Shown: piece after piece, positions 25,838 to 35,819 of the stretch
How positions within the stretch are numbered: position 1 is the first letter of the stretch
How the letters are laid out: every line of letters starts with the position of its first letter
DNA from: Candidatus Thorarchaeota archaeon
GTDB taxonomy: Archaea > Asgardarchaeota > Thorarchaeia > Thorarchaeales > Thorarchaeaceae
Reading direction: 5' to 3'
NCBI GenBank assembly: GCA_046758445.1
Contig: JBHIAE010000027.1
Span: 1-38,231 of the forward strand
Length of the DNA: 38,231 bases
Position numbers and translations under genes: made by a program
The notes under the pieces: generated by a model
Seen by the model: the letters and a program-made list of their open reading frames with translations, nothing else
What the model was told of the DNA's origin: nothing
The model's database searches: none

Positions 25838-26893
25838 ATGACGTTGGACAGGATCCTCGATGAAGAACTTAGAAATCTTGGCTTCAGAACAGGCGGAAAC
25901 CGTGAGTCGCGTGAGATGACGATACTTCGCACCCTCCTGCGAATGCAGAAGGGCACCCCCAAACATTTCAGCTTCAGTGAGATCTACCATGCTCTCCAAG
26001 ATCACGCACCAAGAACGGAACCGAAGAAGCCCTGGGTACACAAGGCCTTGAAGTTCCTTCAGGAGAAGAAGCTCATCCGACTCGAAAGCCAGGAATCGTA
26101 TCGCAAGAGATACATTGCAGACGTCAATACCGTCATGACCGGACTTGAGAAGCTGAGAGAAGAGAGAGTCTTAGAGCTCGAGAAGAAGAAGTTGACAATC
26201 AACAGTGAGCTGCAAAGACTTGTTGAATGCGAATGCGGCATGCTCGCGCGGGATCTTGTGCACGAACTCACTGGTGAGAGCCACACTCCAAGCTCGAGAT
26301 TCATCAGAGGAATGGACGAATTTCACAGGGTCACAAACTCGACGATATACGAACGTGCCGGGAAGAATGATGTAATCCGTTCTATAGCCATCTGGGTCGG
26401 AGCTTTCGGGAAGGAGTCGCCTGAGCGGTTCATGCGCGTTTTTGAGGCGGCCAGGAAAGGTGCGGACGTGCGATACGGGCTTCATCCGGACATGCTAGTC
26501 AAGGGACACCTTCTGCAGGATGATGTATCAAGCAGCTGGATTACAGACACGACTAGAAAACTGATCAACTGCAAGGAACACGGACTCAGTATTGATGTTA
26601 GAATCCTGAGTGTGGATCGGAGAGGGTATCAATTCGTCAGTCTCAACGATGAGGTCATGGCTTTCTTCGTATCAGAGTCCCCTATTACGGCGGCTTGGAT
26701 AACTCGTAGCTTCAATCCCGACCTGATTGACAATGCCATAGCAACCTTTGATGAGGCATGGGAGAATAGCAGATCTGTACTGGATTTGACACCCGAGGAT
26801 ATCAAGTCCTTCGGAGCAAAACCAGAGGATTATCTGCCCTCAGCAGTTTCAGATGCACTTAGAGAGAACTCTGATCACGCCAGTGACAAATGA
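25838..26893 (+). CDS. TrmB-like regulator (wHTH + coiled coil + PLD-like effector domain), paralogue 1
   Basis: SFSEIY..KPWVHKALKFLQEKKLI wHTH; coiled coil; RGMDE; GADVRY; YQFVSLNDE; NPDLIDNAIATFDEAWE. Confidence 0.72.
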   Translation: MTLDRILDEELRNLGFRTGGNRESREMTILRTLLRMQKGTPKHFSFSEIYHALQDHAPRTEPKKPWVHKALKFLQEKKLIRLESQESYRKRYIADVNTVMTGLEKLREERVLELEKKKLTINSELQRLVECECGMLARDLVHELTGESHTPSSRFIRGMDEFHRVTNSTIYERAGKNDVIRSIAIWVGAFGKESPERFMRVFEAARKGADVRYGLHPDMLVKGHLLQDDVSSSWITDTTRKLINCKEHGLSIDVRILSVDRRGYQFVSLNDEVMAFFVSESPITAAWITRSFNPDLIDNAIATFDEAWENSRSVLDLTPEDIKSFGAKPEDYLPSAVSDALRENSDHASDK

Positions 26894-26905
26894 GGTGAAG
26901 AATCT

Positions 26906-27832
26906 TTGAATCAGAAGCGATTTGAAGAAACACTGAGAATCCTTGACTTGACGGCAAGTGAAAAACGCTTCCAGGTACTCGGAGCTCTACTGCGTGCCCA
27001 AGCTGAGCCTGGCTTGTCTGTAGGATTTGATGATATTTACGACGGCTTGGGCGGACCGGGTGAGAAGACTACTGTGGCCCATTCGTTGATATACAGATGC
27101 CTCACGTCACTTGAGGAACAAGGATTCATTCATGTGGATCGCGGCTCATACAAGCATGGCTACATAGCTAGTTCAGATACGATTCTGACTGCATTGAATC
27201 GGCTGACCCAAGATAAGATTGACTTCTTGGAGGAAGAGATAGGTAGGCTGGGGTCAGAGGAGCAATCTGTAGGAAGGCTTGACATCGACCTCCTGAGCAC
27301 AAACATGATAGAATTGCTTACTGGGGAACAATCAGGAGAGCAGACAAGATTTGGCCACGGTGTAGATGGCGTCAGACGACTCATCGAGAGTGAAATCTAC
27401 AGCAAAGCAAAAGAAGGAGATATTGTTCGCGCAAGCCTTGACTGGATTATACATAGGCCCTCTGTAAGCGACAAGCGACTCAGGCCAATGGTTGAGCTAG
27501 CTGAGAAAGGTGTCGAACTGCGTGGGTTAGGACGTCTAAAGCTGAGAAGGAAGGTCATGCACAGTTTCGCAACCCTGTACAAGAAACTGAAACAGAGGGG
27601 CTTGAAAGTAGGCCTAAGATTCATGTTGAACCCCAAAGCAACATACCAGCTCCTTGGAAGGAATGATGAGGGAATCATATTGATTGCCTCAGAACAGCCA
27701 TTTACGGCGACTTGGATTCCCAGAAGTGAGAACCCATTTCTGATTGACGACGCCATTGATACCTTTGACAGGGACTACTTTCAAGCCAGAGATGTTCTGG
27801 AACACCCAACCTGGGAGGAGAGAATGCCATGA
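26906..27832 (+). CDS. TrmB-like regulator, paralogue 2
   Basis: GFDDIY...HSLIYRCLTSLEEQGFI; HGVDGV; KGVELRG; YQLLGRNDE; NPFLIDDAIDTFD; GAGGTGA SD before TTG. Confidence 0.72.
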   Translation: MNQKRFEETLRILDLTASEKRFQVLGALLRAQAEPGLSVGFDDIYDGLGGPGEKTTVAHSLIYRCLTSLEEQGFIHVDRGSYKHGYIASSDTILTALNRLTQDKIDFLEEEIGRLGSEEQSVGRLDIDLLSTNMIELLTGEQSGEQTRFGHGVDGVRRLIESEIYSKAKEGDIVRASLDWIIHRPSVSDKRLRPMVELAEKGVELRGLGRLKLRRKVMHSFATLYKKLKQRGLKVGLRFMLNPKATYQLLGRNDEGIILIASEQPFTATWIPRSENPFLIDDAIDTFDRDYFQARDVLEHPTWEERMP

Positions 27833-28815
27833 GAATCACAGACCGAGTCGGACTTCTTCAGAGCATTGGTTTAGACCTCTCAGCAAAGGAGATGAGGATT
27901 CTTCGTGCGGTACTGTCAGCCGCAGGTGGCCTCTCGAGATCAGTGTCGGCCAAAGAAGTCTGGAAACATGTTATCGGTCTTGATGGCAAGAATGTTTCGG
28001 AGGCTTGGGTCTACCGCAAACTGTCAGAACTAGTAGAGAATGAATTCGTGGTCGTTGACCGCATTGAAAGACCGATAAGGTACATGGTAACGAATGACTC
28101 CATTATATCCGCGCTAGAACAATGCAAAAATGCTAAGCTATCAGAACTTGCGACTGCCAGAGAGAAGGTGATGGAAGAGGTCGGATTCCTGAGATCAATT
28201 GATGTGAAGAAGCTCTCGAAGGAAATGAGGAACACTCTGACTGGGAACGTTCTGAGTCGAACTTCAGGTGTCGTCGAAGGCATCGACTATGTGAGGGGCA
28301 TCATCCATGGCGAAATACTAGATGTGGCTGGTCCCGGAGATGTAATCAGAACTCTGAACCCGCTGGTAGTTCTCGAGAGAGGTCCGCCACAGAGCAGCGC
28401 CACTGACCGTAGACTGCTTGAAACTACATTCAGAGGTGTGACTCTCAAGGCATTGAATATTCTTATGGCACAGCCCGAAGGCGCGGGCCTGGCACTCCTC
28501 ACGAGATTCATCAGTAATCTGAGCGAAACGTTTCATGAGGCGATACGCACCGAGAGGTTAGAGCTAAGGGCACTCCCACCCGGAACGAGATCATATCGTA
28601 TGCTTAGCCTCAATGATGAGATCATGATGCTCTACCTTACGGATGTTGCAGCTGCGGACACAGCAGCCTTAGTCTACAAAAAGGACAACCCCAAACTAAT
28701 CGAAGATGCCATCAAGACATTTGAAAGACTTTGGGAGCAGGCTCACGACATTTCGGCCGTGCTGACGCAAAAGATGTCGACCGGTACTAAACTCAAACAC
28801 GACAAAGAGGGCTAG
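27829..28815 (+). CDS. TrmB-like regulator, paralogue 3
   Basis: LQSIGL..SAKEMRIL, AWVYRKLSELVENEFV...RPIRY; EGIDYV; RGVTLKA; YRMLSLNDE; NPKLIEDAIKTFERLWE; ATGA overlap. Confidence 0.75.
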   Translation: MRITDRVGLLQSIGLDLSAKEMRILRAVLSAAGGLSRSVSAKEVWKHVIGLDGKNVSEAWVYRKLSELVENEFVVVDRIERPIRYMVTNDSIISALEQCKNAKLSELATAREKVMEEVGFLRSIDVKKLSKEMRNTLTGNVLSRTSGVVEGIDYVRGIIHGEILDVAGPGDVIRTLNPLVVLERGPPQSSATDRRLLETTFRGVTLKALNILMAQPEGAGLALLTRFISNLSETFHEAIRTERLELRALPPGTRSYRMLSLNDEIMMLYLTDVAAADTAALVYKKDNPKLIEDAIKTFERLWEQAHDISAVLTQKMSTGTKLKHDKEG

Positions 28816-29892
28816 TCAGACTTCGTCCATTCCAATGACCCACTCTTTGCTCTTTGAGAGCGTTAAGAGAATGTCATCACACACGGCTTGAAAGTCCTCA
28901 TATGTACCATATTCACCGCCAGCCGCATATGGGTGACCACCACCATTGAACAGACCTGCCGCAGCATTACATAGGGTCGTTTCACGGCCTCTCCTGAAGC
29001 CAAGAAGTCCTCCTTGACTCACAGTTATCAAGAGGTCTGCCACCTCCAAAGATTGTCCTTCAATCAGGAGATTGCTGGAATCAGCCAGAAACGTACCAAG
29101 GTCTGTCGTTGTCACCCCTGTTGGAATCTCAACAATACGAACAAGACGGCCGTGAACGACTTGGTCGCAGTGTGCCGCCAGCGCCTTCTTCATCTTCTTC
29201 AGACGCTCCTTACGGTATTGACGCACCTGTCGTTCCAGCAACGAATCTTTGAATCGCTTCGCTGCGTCATCCCAAAGCCCTTCGACGCCCTGTTCTGCCA
29301 GCTTGACGAGTAAGGGCTTGATCGCATCGTTCATATCTTCCTTCTTGTTCATCGCGGTGAATCTTGTTATCGAGAGAGCATCTGTAAGTGCCACTGCGGC
29401 ATCGATCTCTCGAAGATTGAAGTCAGTATCATGGGCAATCCTGGCGAGCTCCATCGAAATCTCGTCGCGAGGCATCAGTACTTTGTGTGCAATCTCCGTT
29501 GCACAATAGTCATGATTGACCTTCAGTACGGGATTGTTCTCGAGGGTTAGAACAGTCTTAACAGCTCGATCACTCCAGTGATGATGATCCAGCCAGACAA
29601 CTCTGCAACCTTGAGATACCGCCCTTGATAGACCACTAGAAACGAGATTAAGTGAACTATCATCGATACTCAAGTCTGTGACAACGATCAGTGTTTGTCG
29701 ACGGTTGGCCACTTTCGAGAAGACAGGCTCAAATAATCCATAGTCCGTGAGCATAACGTCGAAATCTAGTCCTTTGGATTTCGCATAACGCCAGACGACA
29801 GCGGCCGAGTTTAGGCCATCTACGTCTTTGTCGTGGGAAATCGAAAGCAGCGAATTGACCTTCCCGGTCCTCGCATTGTTGTCAACGCCCAT
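28816..29892 (-). CDS. DHH/DHHA1 family phosphoesterase (NanoRNase-like)
   Basis: SHDKDVDG, TDL, WLDHH, GGGHPYAAGG. Confidence 0.9.
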   Translation of the reverse strand: MGVDNNARTGKVNSLLSISHDKDVDGLNSAAVVWRYAKSKGLDFDVMLTDYGLFEPVFSKVANRRQTLIVVTDLSIDDSSLNLVSSGLSRAVSQGCRVVWLDHHHWSDRAVKTVLTLENNPVLKVNHDYCATEIAHKVLMPRDEISMELARIAHDTDFNLREIDAAVALTDALSITRFTAMNKKEDMNDAIKPLLVKLAEQGVEGLWDDAAKRFKDSLLERQVRQYRKERLKKMKKALAAHCDQVVHGRLVRIVEIPTGVTTTDLGTFLADSSNLLIEGQSLEVADLLITVSQGGLLGFRRGRETTLCNAAAGLFNGGGHPYAAGGEYGTYEDFQAVCDDILLTLSKSKEWVIGMDEV

Positions 29893-30006
29893 GGTCCGTC
29901 TTGATGCTCACTGGAGTACGCCTTTTGTTTCTTTCCTCTGTGTGCATTCCTTCTACTGTATCATACGGAAGTGTTTTGTGTCGCGTCTATTGGATAAGGC
30001 CTGAGC

Positions 30007-31899
30007 TTGACCGAGATGGCAGAACCCGACTCCAGCAGGGTCTTGATGACCGGGAATGAAGCCATTGCGAGAGGTGCGATTGAGGCAGGGGTGCGGTTCT
30101 GCTCTTCATATCCGGGAACGCCATCGACCGAAATTGCAGCTACCATCATGCAGTATGCGGAGAAGTTGGGAATATACGCGGAGTGGAGTGTTAACGAGAA
30201 GGTTGCCCTCGAGGCTGCGGCGGGAGCAAGCTGGGCGGGCTTGCCGGCAATCTGCTCAATGAAATCACTCGGTCTAAATGTCGCTTCTGACTTCCTGCTC
30301 AACGTCAATCTGTCGGGCTCGGGCAGCGGGGGCTTGGTCGTTGTCGTTTGCGACGACCCCAGAGGTCACTCATCAAGTAATGAACAGGACTCGCGATTCT
30401 ATGCCAAGGCCGCAAGAGTCCCGCTTCTTGAGCCTTCCAGCTATCAAGAGGCGAAGGAAGTCATGACCTTTGCCTACGATCTTTCCAGGAAACACGAAAT
30501 CCCGGTGATTGTCCGCAGCACAACTAGGCTGAGCCATTCTCGAGGCATTGTGGAGCTTGGTGAGAGCAGGGAGTGGACTCCGGAAGGGCCACTCAAGGTT
30601 TCTGAGAATCTGTTCAACATACCCAACCCCCACCTTCGTCATCGAGACCTGTTGCTGAAGATTGATGATGTTGCAGGAGAATTCGAGAACTGTTCGTTCA
30701 ACCGTATTCATGGACCCACAAAGAGGGGAATCCTCACAATATCATCTGGAATCTGTCAGAGATATGCGGAGGAAGCTGTGGAGAAACTCGGACTACAACA
30801 TGCACGAAGACTTGGTCTTGTTACCACTCACCCCATCCCCAAGGGCCTCGTAGCTGATGCTGTCAAGAGAGCATCAGAAGTTCTGTTCTTGGAAGAGGTA
30901 GACTCCTTCATTGAGGACGAGATTCGAGCCATTTCAACTGAGGAAGGTATTGGAGGAAAAGTGAGCTTCCACGGAAGACGATCGGGAGAAATTCCTGGCT
31001 ATGGAGAGATGAACACTGGCAAGGCCATAGTTGCGCTCAGAGAGGTGTTGGGCATCGAACCGCCTGCCGTAGACCAATCAATCATGTCGGCAATTGAGGA
31101 TGCAAGGAATTTACTAATACCTAGACCGCTGACCTTCTGTGCGGGGTGTACGCATAGGAATGCCTACTGGGCGATTCGTAAGGTAAGAGAGAACCTTGGA
31201 GAGAATCTTGTTGTTGCAGGAGACATAGGGTGTTACTCGCTCGGTGTCTTCTACGATGAGGCTATGAACACTATGCAGGCGATGGGCTCAGGTATCGGAG
31301 TTGCCACTGGGCTTGGCCAGCTTGAAAGATTCGGTCTAACCACCAAGATTGTAGCGGTTGCAGGTGATTCAACCTTCTTCCACGCGTGCATCCCGGCTCT
31401 TGTCAATGCTAAGCATAAGAAGGCGGATCTGACCTTCCTGATCCTCGACAACTCCACTACGGCAATGACTGGGTTCCAACAACACCCAGGATCATCTGAG
31501 CAAAACACCGAGCATCGGCGAGTGAGTATTGAACAGATTGTTCGTGCAGTTGAGCCAGATATTGTCGAAGTTGCTGACGCAACCGATATTCCAACGACTT
31601 TAGCTGTGGTGAATGATGCAATAACAAAGACAGGATTGAAGGTCATCATCCTCAACAGCATATGCCGGCTGGAGGAACAGAGGCTTGGCGAAACCTACGA
31701 TGAACTGCCAGGGATTGTAGTAGATTCTGACTCATGTGTCGGCGAAGATTGCATGGTCTGTGTGAGTCAATTTGGCTGCAATGCATTAGGTTGGGAAAGC
31801 AGGTTAGGCATTCCAATCATTCTTGATCACGTATGCACGAAATGTGGAGCCTGCATTGCTGTGTGTCCTCAGAACGCAATCATGGAGGATGAAACTTGA
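30007..31899 (+). CDS. iorA: Indolepyruvate:ferredoxin oxidoreductase alpha subunit
   Basis: MTGNEAIARGA, YPGTPSTEI, NEKVALE, SSNEQDSR, FCAGCTHR, GDIGCY, GDSTFFH, LDNSTTAMTGFQ, C-terminal ferredoxin CTKCGACIAVCP. Confidence 0.95.
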   Translation: MTEMAEPDSSRVLMTGNEAIARGAIEAGVRFCSSYPGTPSTEIAATIMQYAEKLGIYAEWSVNEKVALEAAAGASWAGLPAICSMKSLGLNVASDFLLNVNLSGSGSGGLVVVVCDDPRGHSSSNEQDSRFYAKAARVPLLEPSSYQEAKEVMTFAYDLSRKHEIPVIVRSTTRLSHSRGIVELGESREWTPEGPLKVSENLFNIPNPHLRHRDLLLKIDDVAGEFENCSFNRIHGPTKRGILTISSGICQRYAEEAVEKLGLQHARRLGLVTTHPIPKGLVADAVKRASEVLFLEEVDSFIEDEIRAISTEEGIGGKVSFHGRRSGEIPGYGEMNTGKAIVALREVLGIEPPAVDQSIMSAIEDARNLLIPRPLTFCAGCTHRNAYWAIRKVRENLGENLVVAGDIGCYSLGVFYDEAMNTMQAMGSGIGVATGLGQLERFGLTTKIVAVAGDSTFFHACIPALVNAKHKKADLTFLILDNSTTAMTGFQQHPGSSEQNTEHRRVSIEQIVRAVEPDIVEVADATDIPTTLAVVNDAITKTGLKVIILNSICRLEEQRLGETYDELPGIVVDSDSCVGEDCMVCVSQFGCNALGWESRLGIPIILDHVCTKCGACIAVCPQNAIMEDET

Positions 31900-32510
31900 C
31901 TAGCAGCTACAACATCCTGATTGCAGGAGTCGGCGGACAGGGCAATCTAATGTGCGGGAGGATTCTTGGCGAGGCCGCCATGCGAATGAACCTTAGGCCT
32001 GTAATTGGCGACACCTTCGGAGCCTCCCGACGAGGCGGAACGGTGTATACACATCTAAGAATCAGCGAACATCACGTGGGACCACTGATTCCTGAAAGTG
32101 AGGCGAGCTTTGTACTAGGACTAGAACCAATGGAAACTCTAAGAGCCGTCGTGAGGTATGGAGGAGAGAAGACTGTCATTCTCTTCAGCACACAGAAAGT
32201 GGAAACTGGAGATTCATTGGCCGGAAACCTCACCTACCCCTCTATTGGTGAACTCACGAAAGCACTTGAATCGATCTCAGAAGATGTGTACGCACTGGAT
32301 CCGAAAAGGATATTGGATGAACTTGGGACTACGCGTGTCCTAAACTCGTACATGTTGGGTGCACTTACTGGGCTGAACAGAACGCGACTAGAACGAAACG
32401 AAGTGCGGGAACTAGTCGGGTCAATGACGAAACCTTCTGACACGAATCTGGCCGCTTTTGATGCGGGTCTGGAAGACCTCTCAGATCTGCTGAAGAGTAA
32501 GAAACAGTAG
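31896..32510 (+). CDS. iorB: Indolepyruvate:ferredoxin oxidoreductase beta subunit
   Basis: NILIAGVGGQG, GASRRGGTV, LEPME, NSYMLGAL, NLAAFDAG; TTGA overlap with iorA. Confidence 0.93.
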   Translation: MTSSYNILIAGVGGQGNLMCGRILGEAAMRMNLRPVIGDTFGASRRGGTVYTHLRISEHHVGPLIPESEASFVLGLEPMETLRAVVRYGGEKTVILFSTQKVETGDSLAGNLTYPSIGELTKALESISEDVYALDPKRILDELGTTRVLNSYMLGALTGLNRTRLERNEVRELVGSMTKPSDTNLAAFDAGLEDLSDLLKSKKQ

Positions 32511-32515
32511 ACGAT

Positions 32516-34813
32516 CTAACGTTGCTTTTTGGCTTCTGTAGCCTTCCGGGCGTCTCTCCACATGAGTTCTGCCAATACTGTGAACATATCGGCAACTCCG
32601 TCACCTGTTTTTGCGGAGGATTCCATGTAGAGGAAGCCTTGGTCTTCAGCCCACTTCTTTGCCTCAGTGGGGGGTACTGCTCTGTCAGGGAGGTCAATCT
32701 TGTTCCCGACTACAATCATAGGTACTCTAACACCGATTGACTCGTCAGCCTCAGCTACCCACTTAGACAGCTCGGTGAAAGAACGTCTTCGCGTAACGTC
32801 GTAGACAAGGATGATTCCAGCCGCGCCACTGTAGTACATCTTCCGTACTGCCTTGAACCTGGCCTGACCTGCCACGTCCCAGCACTGTAGCTTGATGCCA
32901 ACAGCATATTCGGGTTCTGGTGGTGAGATGTGTGTGAGCTTCACCGCAAACTGCGATCCAATCGTGGTCTTGTAGTCTCGCTCGAAGACTCCAGTGACAT
33001 ATCGGTTCACAAGAGTAGTCTTGCCGACTGCACCCTCTCCAGTTACCATTGTCTTGAAGAGATACGTATAGCTGTCAGTTGGAGCGCCAGGGCGGGGCGG
33101 TTTGAGAGTTCTTGCCCGAATCTCACTGACAAGGGCGCTCTCTTCGGGAGTTTCCTCAATGGCAACGACAGAGGGCTCAATCACAACTGGTTCCTCCATC
33201 ATCGCTGCGACATCATCGTATGCTGAGAGATCTGGAGTGCCGGCATCGTCAACTCCAAACAGTTGATCGAGGAGCTGTTCTGCCTCCTTGAGCGATTCAG
33301 CGGCCGCTTCATCAGGAGCAGTCATCTTCAGGATTTCGGCGGCCCGGTCCCGGTCAACTGAACTGAATCCCGCCTCTATCTCCACAGCTTCTTGCTCAAC
33401 CACTGGTGACTCTGGTTCTGCCTGAAAAGCCACTGGAGGCATGGCCGCAGGGGCTGCCACTGCAAGCCCTTTCTCAACAAGAATCGCGGTTTCCGGAGTT
33501 GTCACCTGTTTGACTTGTCCGGAAGCATCAGTCCACATAAGCACAATGGGTCTCATGATCACGGTCCCTTCCGCGGTCGGCATGAGCTCAACCTCAACAA
33601 ACTTCGTTTCTCTAGGACCTAGGTCAAAACGAAGCTGTGGGTCTGTAACATCCAGGTGATCCTTCGGAAACCAGTACAGCTTTCCTGTGATTCCAGCAAC
33701 TGGCTCATCGCTGATGTTTGCAACTGTCACACGGCCGACGAGGTTTACCCCGGTCTTGGCCTCAGCACTGACCTCAAAGCTAGGAATCACTTGGTATAGC
33801 CCTTCGATGACTCTGAGAGGGCCGTTCGAGATTCCGACGAGAATCTCCTTTCTGTTGTCACCGCCTGCGTTTCCAACGCTGAGTGAGAGGATCTTCTCGC
33901 CAATGTTCACTGAAGCGATTTCTTGGAGTTCAGCCAATTGGAGATTGTAGAATCTTACTTTGTAGTCAGAAGTGGCGATTATCACCTCATCCATGTGGTC
34001 TGCATTGACCTCTTCCATCGATATGGATAGCGCATTCACGCCTTCGAGCTTGGCAAACAGGTCAAGCTTACTCTCCTCGTTACGATACACTCGAACAGAT
34101 CCATCCCTGGTGACTACTCCAAGCTCCATCTTGCGATCGCCCAGAATATCGCCTGCTTCAACTGAGATAATGGGAGATGGGAGGTCTAACATCTCAATCT
34201 GTTCAACGGAGTCGTCCCGAATCTTGAAGACTCTGAGAGTTCCATCAAGGTTCCCGGTGACAATCTCGTCTATCTCGTCACCAATTACATCACAAGTGCC
34301 GATGGTTATTGGCATGTCTTGAAGCTGATGCCGCGCGTACTCACTCAACCTGTTCTCTGCGTCCATCTGAATGACTCGGAGAGTAGAGTCACTACCCCCC
34401 ACCAGAATCTCATTCTTCTCGTCACCGGTGACGTCCGTGACCACAACCGTAGTGATGAATCGATCAACAGGATGCTCGGCCAACATCTCAAGTCGTCCAC
34501 TGGGAGCAAATCTGTAGATCTGGAGTGTTCCGGATTCACCTGGTACTTCTCCTGGAGCCAGACTACGACCGACAACTATCTCCATCTGCCCGTCATTGTC
34601 TGCATCAGCAATCTGCACTGAGAGAATACTGCCTTCCAAGTCTTGCTGGGCCAAGAATGTGATCTCGGGGCCATTAGCATCATACAGCCTGAGAACTCCG
34701 TCCCGGTCCCCAGTACACAGCTCTGCGCTGCCTGACCCTGTGACGTCTCCAACAGCAATAGCTGTGGTACTCTTGTCATCCTCTATCTCGAAGAGAGTCT
34801 TGGGCGTGGTCAA
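32516..34813 (-). CDS. FG-GAP-type 7-bladed beta-propeller + Ig-like domain + acidic linker + C-terminal Rab-like small GTPase
   Basis: Seven D-x-x-G-D-x-x-x-E-I repeats; GTPase G1 GEGAVGKT, G2 YKTTIG, G3 WDVAGQ, G4 NKID, G5 SSAK; RabF-like IGSQF, KLQCW, RFKAV, YYSGA, LVYDVT. Confidence 0.9.
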   Translation of the reverse strand: MTTPKTLFEIEDDKSTTAIAVGDVTGSGSAELCTGDRDGVLRLYDANGPEITFLAQQDLEGSILSVQIADADNDGQMEIVVGRSLAPGEVPGESGTLQIYRFAPSGRLEMLAEHPVDRFITTVVVTDVTGDEKNEILVGGSDSTLRVIQMDAENRLSEYARHQLQDMPITIGTCDVIGDEIDEIVTGNLDGTLRVFKIRDDSVEQIEMLDLPSPIISVEAGDILGDRKMELGVVTRDGSVRVYRNEESKLDLFAKLEGVNALSISMEEVNADHMDEVIIATSDYKVRFYNLQLAELQEIASVNIGEKILSLSVGNAGGDNRKEILVGISNGPLRVIEGLYQVIPSFEVSAEAKTGVNLVGRVTVANISDEPVAGITGKLYWFPKDHLDVTDPQLRFDLGPRETKFVEVELMPTAEGTVIMRPIVLMWTDASGQVKQVTTPETAILVEKGLAVAAPAAMPPVAFQAEPESPVVEQEAVEIEAGFSSVDRDRAAEILKMTAPDEAAAESLKEAEQLLDQLFGVDDAGTPDLSAYDDVAAMMEEPVVIEPSVVAIEETPEESALVSEIRARTLKPPRPGAPTDSYTYLFKTMVTGEGAVGKTTLVNRYVTGVFERDYKTTIGSQFAVKLTHISPPEPEYAVGIKLQCWDVAGQARFKAVRKMYYSGAAGIILVYDVTRRRSFTELSKWVAEADESIGVRVPMIVVGNKIDLPDRAVPPTEAKKWAEDQGFLYMESSAKTGDGVADMFTVLAELMWRDARKATEAKKQR

Positions 34814-35009
34814 CTTAGGCTACCATCCACATGCAGTGAACATCAGCCATCTGACCCACCTTTAACTGCCTAGGGCCCAGATGGTGGTTCATCTAACATC
34901 ACTTTGAGGGAATGCCGCCTTTTTGTACTTTGTTAGCTCAGGTGTCTGCAGAAGTCGCCGAATCGCGCAATGACACAGTATTTAACGAAGACCATAGCTA
35001 TCTCGGTCG

Positions 35010-35819
35010 GTGAATCGGGTGCCCACGCTCTCTGTACGCAAGATTGTGAAATCTTATTCGAACGGAGAGGATGAGGAAACACGTGTGCTTGACGGTATCT
35101 CATTTGACATTCAGGATGGGGAGTTTCTTGGGGTGGTCGGGCCATCAGGTTGTGGAAAGACTACGCTGCTAAAGATCATCGCAGGACTTCTGGAGGCGGA
35201 TGAGGGAGAAGTGCTCATTGATAATGCTCCAGTTGGTCCCGGACACAACAGAGTTGGCTTCATCTTTCAACAGGAGTCGCTGTTTCCTTGGAGAACTGTA
35301 AGAGAGAACATTGAGTACGGCCTTGAGATTGCCGAGCGGCCTGAGGAGAACAAGAGAGCACTCTCAGATGAGATAATCTCACTTGTGGGAATGACAGGGT
35401 TGGAAGACAATTTGCCGCACGAGATTTCAGGCGGCCAAGCCAGAAAGACTGAGATGGCAAGGAGTCTCATCACAAAACCTGACATCCTTATTGCTGATGA
35501 GGCGCTCTCAAATCTGGATGCGCAGACCAGGAACTACCTACAAAGCGAATTCCTGAGAATCAGCGATGAAACAGGTTCCACTGTCCTGTTTGTTTCTCAT
35601 AATGTAGACGAAGCCGTCTTCATGTCAGATAGGATTCTGGTAATGAGCAACGTCCCATCCAGAATCATCGCAGAGTATGAGATAGACCTCCCACAACCGC
35701 GTAACAGGACCTCACCCGAGTGTCTTGCATATCGTGCAAGGATTCTCGATATTCTAAAGGTCGAACAGGAGAAGGCTATGGATCGTCAGACTAGACTGAA
35801 ACTCCACGGCGCCACCTGA
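35010..35819 (+). CDS. NitT/TauT-family ABC transporter ATP-binding protein
   Basis: GPSGCGKT, FQ..SLFPWRTVRENI, ISGGQ, LIADE, SHNVDEA. Confidence 0.93.
   Translation: MNRVPTLSVRKIVKSYSNGEDEETRVLDGISFDIQDGEFLGVVGPSGCGKTTLLKIIAGLLEADEGEVLIDNAPVGPGHNRVGFIFQQESLFPWRTVRENIEYGLEIAERPEENKRALSDEIISLVGMTGLEDNLPHEISGGQARKTEMARSLITKPDILIADEALSNLDAQTRNYLQSEFLRISDETGSTVLFVSHNVDEAVFMSDRILVMSNVPSRIIAEYEIDLPQPRNRTSPECLAYRARILDILKVEQEKAMDRQTRLKLHGAT

Noticed and set aside
25838-28815. PLD-nuclease anti-phage system
   Set aside because: No HxK motif in any copy and no partner ATPase or methylase nearby.
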